From NCBI GenBank assembly GCA_049322615.1, contig JBMORX010000003.1, forward strand, positions 3,328 to 67,327: a stretch of DNA of 64,000 nucleotides, given 5' to 3'. Shown piece by piece: positions 57,494-64,000 of the stretch (the first letter of the stretch is position 1; the number at the start of each line of letters is the position of its first letter). A program made the position numbers and the translations under genes. The notes beneath the pieces are model-generated. The model was given only the letters and a program-made list of their open reading frames with translations. It was not told where the DNA came from and did no database searches. The DNA comes from Patescibacteria group bacterium. Its GTDB lineage: Bacteria; Patescibacteriota; Microgenomatia; CAYGWK01.

Positions 57494-58126
57494 AGATTGA
57501 ACAAGAACCTCATCTTCTTCAAGCGCGCTATCTAATATTTTTGTGCTTGCGCTTTCCTTAATATCTGAGATTATCAATTTTTCGAGTTTAATCAACTTTT
57601 TGACTTGCCTTAAAGTCGTCTCCCTATAACGTAGTGGATGGGTTGTAGATCTATTTAATCTTTCTTTAAGCTCTTCTGCTTTAGGAGATTTTAAAAAAAT
57701 AAAAAAAGAATGGTTATCAAGATCTAAATATTGTGGCATTAATTGAACGCCATCGATAATATAGTCTACCCCATCTTTGCGAGAAATCTTGAGTATATAG
57801 TCGACAATGGAGCAAATCTTCTCTGCCTGTTTGAAAAAAAGAGGAAACTCATCAGTGTCTTTATCTAATTGATTAATTCCGCGAAGACTAGAATCCATGG
57901 GTTCAAGAAATCTTAGCGTCTTCGTTATCACTCCTACCGAAGTTCTTTGTTTTATACCTAACCTAAATGAAAGATTATATGACAAAGAAGTTTTACCGAC
58001 ACCAAAAACTCCTCCTATTAATATGGAAATTGGGAAATTAATTTTCTCTTTTAATTTTTTGATTTCTTTTGCTTCGCCCGCTAAATTCACGAGGTTTATT
58101 ATATAATATAGGGTTAAAGATGACAA
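57455..58126 (-). CDS. P-loop kinase (2-phosphoglycerate kinase-like); start uncertain
   Basis: IGGVFGVGKTS, IIDGVQL.P. Confidence 0.75.
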   Translation of the reverse strand: MSSLTLYYIINLVNLAGEAKEIKKLKEKINFPISILIGGVFGVGKTSLSYNLSFRLGIKQRTSVGVITKTLRFLEPMDSSLRGINQLDKDTDEFPLFFKQAEKICSIVDYILKISRKDGVDYIIDGVQLMPQYLDLDNHSFFIFLKSPKAEELKERLNRSTTHPLRYRETTLRQVKKLIKLEKLIISDIKESASTKILDSALEEDEVLVQSLDSIKSWLKSLV

Positions 58127-59310
58127 AAAGGGTTAACGGGTATCCGTTGAATTATTTAAAAAATCCCACATGCAGATATTTTAATGGATACCATCCATGC
58201 CCAATTGCTATAAAATATCACACGGCTTGTCCTTGCGCCCATCACAAACCAATTGGCAAGAAGCTCCTTGTGATAGAAATGGGAGGAATTGGGAGCGTCT
58301 TGAGGACTACTGTCGTCACCAAGAATTTTAAAAGAATATATACTCCGTCGCATATTACATTTTTAACCCATAAGGATGGGATAGAAGTTCTTAAATATTC
58401 TCCCAGCGTAGACATGGCTCTTGCTTATAAGATAGAAAACTGTGTCACTCTCCTTGCGGAGACTTTCGATTTTATTTATAACTTTGAGGTTGATCCAGCT
58501 GCCTGTAGCCTCTGTAGTTTAATCCAGGCGAAGAAAAAATATGGGTTTAAGTGGAACAAAAATGCCCTACCGGGGCTGGCGCATCCTGAATCTGCCGATT
58601 TATTTCGATTTCAGGTTGATAACCAAATAAGGACTAAAAACCAAAAATCAATCCAACAACTTCTTATAGAAGCTGTAGGAATGGAATGGCAGGAACAGGA
58701 GTTTGATATACAACTCGAGAGGGAAGATAGGGCTTTCGCTAACAATTTTTTCCAAGGACACAAATTAGACAATCTAAGGGTAGTCGGACTCAATCTTGGT
58801 TCAAAGAAAATACATGCCAAGAAAAGATGGCCCATCGAATATTTTATCGATTTGACAAAAAGATTAAACGACATTGATAAAGTAAAACCCATTTTGTTAG
58901 GGGGTCCGGAGGAAATAGAAATCTATAGCTATGCGAAGTCAAGATTAAAATCAATCGGAATCATTGGAAATGAGTGTAAAAATACTATTGGGGAGTTTCT
59001 AGCTCTTATCTCTCGCTGTGAGGTTATAGTAAGCGCCACTACCTTTGGATTACTAGCAGCCACAGGACTAGGTGTAAAAACTGTTGCTATTTGTTCTCCA
59101 AAACCAATATCAGAAGTCTATACGTATGGCAAGGGTATAAAGGTTGCTTATTCACCAACTTATGATCCAGAATATAGTACAAAAATTAAAAACTTAACTC
59201 TGGGAGAAGAATTAAAAATTGGGCTAAAAGAGATTCCTGTAGAAATGGTCTTAGAAGCGGTTATAGACAGCTTAAAAAATGATTTTAGTAATCCAACCAG
59301 ATTTGTTTAA
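58120..59310 (+). CDS. Glycosyltransferase family 9 (heptosyltransferase-like)
   Basis: GIGSVLRTT, KKRWP, LLGGPEE; N-terminal Cys cluster. Confidence 0.85.
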   Translation: MTKRVNGYPLNYLKNPTCRYFNGYHPCPIAIKYHTACPCAHHKPIGKKLLVIEMGGIGSVLRTTVVTKNFKRIYTPSHITFLTHKDGIEVLKYSPSVDMALAYKIENCVTLLAETFDFIYNFEVDPAACSLCSLIQAKKKYGFKWNKNALPGLAHPESADLFRFQVDNQIRTKNQKSIQQLLIEAVGMEWQEQEFDIQLEREDRAFANNFFQGHKLDNLRVVGLNLGSKKIHAKKRWPIEYFIDLTKRLNDIDKVKPILLGGPEEIEIYSYAKSRLKSIGIIGNECKNTIGEFLALISRCEVIVSATTFGLLAATGLGVKTVAICSPKPISEVYTYGKGIKVAYSPTYDPEYSTKIKNLTLGEELKIGLKEIPVEMVLEAVIDSLKNDFSNPTRFV

Positions 59311-59407
59311 GAGTGCTTCTTGATAAAAACCAATTTTATTTCAATCTTGCATTAATCTCAAATTTTGGCATTGAGTTCCTGCCTTTGCAAAAGGAGGAAG
59401 CCCGGCC

Positions 59408-59484
59408 GAGGCAATATCAACTTCAACCTCAATTGGGACAGAATCAAGTCCGACGGTCGCGCCAGAAAAAACCCGGGCAAGCAT
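59408..59484 (-). pseudogene. comM 5' stub (77 bp)
   Basis: 75/77 identical to 52479-52555; both differences synonymous. Confidence 0.95.
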
Positions 59485-59524
59485 TAGATTAATATTAGCA
59501 GAAAAACTGGTATAATTTAATTCT

Positions 59525-59872
59525 GTGAATCAAAGATATGGTGGAGTGATTTGGACAAATCACGCAATCCAACGGCTTTATGAACGCCGGATTACTCAAT
59601 CGGATGCCTGGTACTCTTTTCAACATCCGGACGGACAATTGTCAGGCACCACTCCTGGTTCCTTCCGCTACTACAAAGATTATGGACCCCAAAGAATTGA
59701 GGTGGTGGCTACCCGAAACGAGAAGAAAGAGTGGGTTATCCTTTCCTGTTGGTCAAAAATAATGGGCACTGGCCAATCTATCTTTCCTAAATCAGAAAAT
59801 ATTTTCTGGGCGCTCGTCAAAAGAATCTTCAGAAAAATTTGGCTGGTAATTTGGAAGAAAAATAAGGCTTAA
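59525..59872 (+). CDS. DUF4258-like protein
   Basis: [14 protein letters not shown]...D, IEVV, WVILSCW. Confidence 0.7.
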   Translation: MNQRYGGVIWTNHAIQRLYERRITQSDAWYSFQHPDGQLSGTTPGSFRYYKDYGPQRIEVVATRNEKKEWVILSCWSKIMGTGQSIFPKSENIFWALVKRIFRKIWLVIWKKNKA

Positions 59873-60720
59873 AAAGACTTCTTCAGCTCTAAAATTGCTG
59901 TCCCCCTCTTCTTATTTTCATGCACAATGGGAGTAAAATCTAACATTCGAAAACCAAACAGGAAAGTCTGAGATGCCTTCTTAGTACGACCAAACTCTTC
60001 CCTTGAAGGTGGTATCATTTCATCTATTAACTTAGCTAAAAGCGCTTTTCCACTTTCTAGTGGCTCCTCTCTAGCTGAACCAATCGGCTGAAAGTAAGAA
60101 CCCCCTGGCTTAAGGACTCTATTGACCTCAATGATAAATCTAATAAGATCTTCTCGCGATAAAAAACACACCAAAGCATTACTCGTAACCAAATCAAACG
60201 CGTTCTCTTTAAATGGAAGTCGAGCAGCTTCTCCGGCGACAAAACCTACTTTTGACTTTTGAATCCGCTCCCTGGCAATCCCTAAAAGAAATGGAAGCAA
60301 ATCTAAACCAACGAAGCTTTTACAATGCTTAGTAATTTTTCGGGTAACATTTCCTGTTCCGCAACCAATATCTAATCCTCTATCCCACTCTTTCTTCCCA
60401 ATCTCCTCGCCTAAAGCTACAATATCATCTTTATATCGCCTGCCAACAATTATGTCATACCAGAGATCGCCAGTGGAGCATTTTTCCACGACTAGTCTAT
60501 AATAATCCTCCAGTCTTTTTGCCTCCTTCATCTTCTTAAACAAACCCTCCATCTCTGTTAAGGCGACTCTACCAAAGAAACCCTTTTGAGATTTTTCTGT
60601 CCCCTCTTCCTGACGGGCAAGATTAAGGACTTGACCTTGGATTTCGGGATCGTGGGGATTTTGTTCTATAGCAGAACTCAAATCTAAATATCGTTGTCGG
60701 ATTTCTTTCTGCTCCTCCAT
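59869..60720 (-). CDS. Class I SAM-dependent methyltransferase
   Basis: LDIGCGTG, LPF....FDLV, RVLKPGG. Confidence 0.9.
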   Translation of the reverse strand: MEEQKEIRQRYLDLSSAIEQNPHDPEIQGQVLNLARQEEGTEKSQKGFFGRVALTEMEGLFKKMKEAKRLEDYYRLVVEKCSTGDLWYDIIVGRRYKDDIVALGEEIGKKEWDRGLDIGCGTGNVTRKITKHCKSFVGLDLLPFLLGIARERIQKSKVGFVAGEAARLPFKENAFDLVTSNALVCFLSREDLIRFIIEVNRVLKPGGSYFQPIGSAREEPLESGKALLAKLIDEMIPPSREEFGRTKKASQTFLFGFRMLDFTPIVHENKKRGTAILELKKSF

Positions 60721-60755
60721 TCCGACTCAATTATAACACCACAGGCGGCAAACCA

Positions 60756-60783
60756 TCGCGCCAGAAAAAACCCGGGCAAGCAT
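60756..60783 (-). pseudogene. comM 5' stub (28 bp)
   Basis: Identical to 52528-52555. Confidence 0.85.
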
Positions 60784-60816
60784 TAAAATTATTCTGGCAT
60801 ATCTAAGAACTAGTTT

Positions 60817-61533
60817 TCAAGAAGAGCGATGTACCTTGTGCCATAAATGGCGCAGTTTTGCTCGCAATCTTCCCCAAAAGGTAATTTCTCCTCCCTCAAG
60901 GGGGACGCGGATCTCAACATAAAATCGGGAAAGTGAGCGGAGAATTAATTTAAAAAGTTCATCTTTGCCTTCAGTTTTTCCTCGAAGAATATGATGATGA
61001 CAGCCAATAGCGACTGTCTGAACCGGTAAAAACAACTGGATATCCGCCAGACCTTCGACAGTTAATTCTTTTTCTTTAGATTCTATCTCCATCGCTGCCT
61101 TTCGGGCTTCAAGTTTATCCGAAGAATATTCGTCATAGCGCATTTGAATTAATTTCTTCCAATCTTCAAGATATCTTTTCTCGATTCCTAAATCTTTTAG
61201 ATAATCTAGATGGGCTTTAGGGATTTCGTCTTTGACAATTAGAAAATACTCTTTCAATTCTTGCTCACCATGAAGATCAGGTGCCTCAAGGGTAAGCATC
61301 AAAAGAACAAGATAAGAAACTACTAGTTCATTGAAAATTCGATCCTGCTCTGTTTTGTCCAACTTCTCAAATTCAGCAAACTCGCGGAATTTTTTATCTC
61401 GAAAGAGCTTAAAGGCTTGGTTGCTAGCCGCCTGAACCAAAGTGGCGCAAAATACCGAGGTCACCCTAGAAATAGGCGGAGGATTCTTCAACTTCCAATT
61501 TTTAAGTTTTTTTAACTCTTCTTCTAAATTCAT
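60817..61533 (-). CDS. Hypothetical protein
   Basis: 238-aa helical ORF. Confidence 0.75.
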   Translation of the reverse strand: MNLEEELKKLKNWKLKNPPPISRVTSVFCATLVQAASNQAFKLFRDKKFREFAEFEKLDKTEQDRIFNELVVSYLVLLMLTLEAPDLHGEQELKEYFLIVKDEIPKAHLDYLKDLGIEKRYLEDWKKLIQMRYDEYSSDKLEARKAAMEIESKEKELTVEGLADIQLFLPVQTVAIGCHHHILRGKTEGKDELFKLILRSLSRFYVEIRVPLEGGEITFWGRLRAKLRHLWHKVHRSS

Positions 61534-61582
61534 CGACTCCTATTTTATCCCAAATTTCTTTCGAAGAAAACTTTTGTTAACA

Positions 61583-61837
61583 TCAACCTCTATAAATTTC
61601 TTTCCTATGACCAACACGAAGTATGATAATTTTTCTGTCTTCAACATCAAAAATAACTCGGTAATCTCCTATCCGAAAACGATAACCACCCAGTTGAGGC
61701 AAAATTAATTTTTTAGCATAAAAAAACGGCTTTTCGGCAAGCCGCTTAAGACCCTTGGCTAATTTCTTTTGAGCAACCCGATCGAGTTTTTTGATATCTC
61801 GATAAGCGTTTTTGGTATAAATTAACTCATACACCAT
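61583..61837 (-). CDS. RelE/ParE family toxin
   Basis: YRFRIGDYRVIF, VGHRKEIY. Confidence 0.92.
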   Translation of the reverse strand: MVYELIYTKNAYRDIKKLDRVAQKKLAKGLKRLAEKPFFYAKKLILPQLGGYRFRIGDYRVIFDVEDRKIIILRVGHRKEIYRG

Positions 61838-61840
61838 TAA

Positions 61841-62092
61841 TTAGAGTTTACCAAAAACTTCCTTGTGAGTGTAATATTTGCCCTTTTTATATTGTTGGCG
61901 CGCTTCTTTTATGCTTTTTAAATATTTTGGGCTTGCCAAAGCCAAAAGGTTTTCAAAAAAGTCAAGGTTAACCAAAGCAGAGACTGGACTATCTTTTTTA
62001 GTCACCAAAAGATATTCGCGTTTTTTGGCAACTTCTTCTAAAACATCAGCTAGATTGTTTCTTAAAGTAGTAATTGGAACTGTCTGAATCAT
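61841..62092 (-). CDS. Phd/YefM family antitoxin
   Basis: TLRNNLADVLEEV...LVTK..P.ALV; upstream of the toxin. Confidence 0.9.
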   Translation of the reverse strand: MIQTVPITTLRNNLADVLEEVAKKREYLLVTKKDSPVSALVNLDFFENLLALASPKYLKSIKEARQQYKKGKYYTHKEVFGKL

Positions 62093-62093
62093 A

Positions 62094-62133
62094 TGTACGT
62101 TTTAAGTGTACAATAATTTTGTGATATTGTCAA
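62094..62133 (-). promoter_or_regulatory. TA promoter with TGTAC/GTACA operator
   Basis: TTGACA-17-TACACT overlapped by TGTACACTTAAAACGTACA. Confidence 0.7.
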
Positions 62134-62300
62134 GAGGAATTCCTCGAGAAGGTTCAAATTAATTCCGGTAGAGTTGGGTTATTCTTCAATAATGATCTCA
62201 AGTTCTTCACCATATTGTTTGATGACCTGCTGACGTAATTCCTCACGCTTATCTGGTGGTAAACCAAAGGCTGCTACAACATAATCCCAATCTCGCTTTC

Positions 62301-62861
62301 TTATAAAATCTCTTTGAATCTTCCCATCACACTCATCGCATAGTGAAATGTCATTGATTGGTCCCCATTATCGCACGATTGGCACTTTCCGTAGTCTAAC
62401 TCTCGATTTTCAGTCTTTTCAACCATTTTCTTTTCTTCTTTAAGCGTTATAAATCCTTCATTTAGTAGGTAGTTATAGACTCTAACTTTAAGTTCTCGCT
62501 CCTTTGGTTTGTGTTTGCTTAGAAGTTGAGAAATATCGTGGAGAACTTCATTTTTCTCCCATCTACCATCCTGGATCTCAAGTAAAATATCTTTAATTCT
62601 CGAAGAACCTACAAAGTGTCTATTTCCACCCAACTCGAGAAACCCATACTCTATAATCGCCCCTAAATGGGCCTCTGTAAAGATTTCTTCATAAGGATAC
62701 TGGAGGATCTCACATAAAGATTTAACATCTGACATTGTTAGATGCCTGGCGTATTTTTCAAAATATTCTCTATTTCTTCGCGATAAAACTGGCGGCGCCT
62801 TAAAGTCTACGGCTCCTTCTAGAAGCATTTCTTCTGTTAAAACCCTTTTTTCCTCTTTCAT
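62301..62861 (-). CDS. Hypothetical protein (3' part possibly frameshifted)
   Basis: AAGGAGG SD; another frame stays open to about 62180. Confidence 0.6.
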   Translation of the reverse strand: MKEEKRVLTEEMLLEGAVDFKAPPVLSRRNREYFEKYARHLTMSDVKSLCEILQYPYEEIFTEAHLGAIIEYGFLELGGNRHFVGSSRIKDILLEIQDGRWEKNEVLHDISQLLSKHKPKERELKVRVYNYLLNEGFITLKEEKKMVEKTENRELDYGKCQSCDNGDQSMTFHYAMSVMGRFKEIL

Positions 62862-63022
62862 TCTAATTTTTCCTCCTTTTAAAACTTAAGATATAATCCT
62901 GCTTTATCAATTAAAATTGCCGTCCTTCCGGGCAGCAAAGATATTATAGCACTTCGGGTTTAATTTTCAAACTGCAGGGTGAAAACCCAGGATAGTCCTG
63001 GTAGTCCTGGAACTGCCTGAAA

Positions 63023-63955
63023 CTAAACTCTTATGGACCAATTTTTCTTAACTGCTCTTAATTTGGCGCTGTCGGCGCGGGGATTTTGGGCGATTTCTTC
63101 CGGAGTTGCCATGACTGGTTTTTTGGTGAGAATTTCAACCAAGCCAGATTTCTGCCATTCCAAAAACTGGTGCTTAACAATTCTATCCTCAAGTGAATGA
63201 AAAGAGATAACCACTAACCTGCCTCCAGGTTTTAAAGCACCCAGCGCTTGGGGCAGAGCTTCTTCTAAAGCGGGTAACTCTTGATTGACTTCCATCCTTA
63301 AAGCCCGAAAAATTTTTGATGCCCAGTGCCCTTTGCGGGAAAATCGATAATCAGGAGGGGTGGCTCGGCGAATTAAATCCAGCAGTTCTCCGCAGGTTTC
63401 TATCTTTTTTCTATCCCTAACTTTTATAATTTCTCTGGCAATTTTTCCCCCAAAAGGTTCCTCACCTAGTTTAAAAAATATTTCTCTTAATTTTTTCTCG
63501 GGATAAAAATTGACAATATCATAAGCAGAAAATTGCTGGGCCGGGTTCATTCGCATATCCAAGGGAGCGTCCATCCCTTTTTCTCCGAAAGAAAATCCCC
63601 GCTCTGGTGTCTCGAGTTGATAACTGGAGACACCCAAATCGAAAAGAATCCCATCTACCCCCATAACCCCTAAATTCCCCAGAATATTCTTTAAATTTAT
63701 AAAATTATCATTTATAAAAATTACCTGGTCTTTAAATCTGCTTAAGTTTTTTTGACTTTCGGCAATCGCCTCTGGGTCGCAATCAATGCCAATAAGTTTT
63801 CCATTTTTGCCTATTTTTTCCAAAATTTTTTCGGCGTGTCCTCCGCCCCCTAAAGTTGCATCAACAAAAATTTCGCCAGGTTTTGGGTCTAAAAATTTTA
63901 GGGTTTCTTTTGGTAAAACTGGAATATGGAAAGTTTTTTCTTCCATTAATGACAC
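63023..63955 (-). CDS. rsmH: 16S rRNA m4C1402 methyltransferase RsmH
   Basis: HIPVL, DATLGGGGH, DLGVSS, ISFHSLEDRIVK, NPRADSAKLR. Confidence 0.97.
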   Translation of the reverse strand: MSLMEEKTFHIPVLPKETLKFLDPKPGEIFVDATLGGGGHAEKILEKIGKNGKLIGIDCDPEAIAESQKNLSRFKDQVIFINDNFINLKNILGNLGVMGVDGILFDLGVSSYQLETPERGFSFGEKGMDAPLDMRMNPAQQFSAYDIVNFYPEKKLREIFFKLGEEPFGGKIAREIIKVRDRKKIETCGELLDLIRRATPPDYRFSRKGHWASKIFRALRMEVNQELPALEEALPQALGALKPGGRLVVISFHSLEDRIVKHQFLEWQKSGLVEILTKKPVMATPEEIAQNPRADSAKLRAVKKNWSIRV

Positions 63956-64000
63956 TTTAATTAATTAAACTAGAAGAACTATTATTCCTAAAACCAAACA

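Larger units (their letters stand above)
52556..59407. mobile_element. Integrase-free genomic island of sugar-modifying genes bounded by comM 5'-end duplication
   Basis: Flanked by 52479-52555 and 59408-59484 (75/77 identical); alternating gene orientation. Confidence 0.7.

Noticed and set aside
303-63968. Numerous antisense or nested ORFs of 60-180 aa in the track (e.g. 27682..28230, 1441..1743)
   Set aside because: Shadows of well-supported genes on the other strand or frame, with no motifs or initiation signals

Overview
About 40% GC bacterial chromosome segment using the standard code 11. Gene content and style point to a Patescibacteria/CPR (Microgenomates-like) genome, which is an inference: minimal tsaB, short aspS, PaaX/Cas2-like and TrpR-like orphans, many apparently leaderless genes. 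The backbone is mostly minus-strand housekeeping genes (tsaBE, ftsEX plus an M23 protein, prfB, secA, serS, lysS, greA, lon, gltX, aspS, relA/spoT, recJ, cca, secDF, comM, rsmH), with tRNA-Glu, tRNA-Gln and a probable 6S RNA. Small accessory modules punctuate this backbone, and no integrase or intact transposase is visible. The most striking unexplained structure: (i) two dispersed palindrome families, a 34-bp TTGACAAAAT-N4-CACGTG-N4-ATTTTGTCAA and a 28-bp 11-6-11 site, that bracket single-gene or two-gene modules; (ii) cargo bounded by duplicated gene ends (three comM 5' ends; a duplicated 3' end around the paaX-like gene); (iii) a GC-rich mini-operon enclosed by an rRNA-precursor-like leader-trailer helix; (iv) a stand-alone transcription unit for a 10-aa peptide MARKRRKKRR; (v) 7-9-nt tandem repeats and REP-like hairpins inserted in-frame in core genes; (vi) a circularly permuted M23 peptidase. 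All product calls are from motif recognition by eye; no database search was run.
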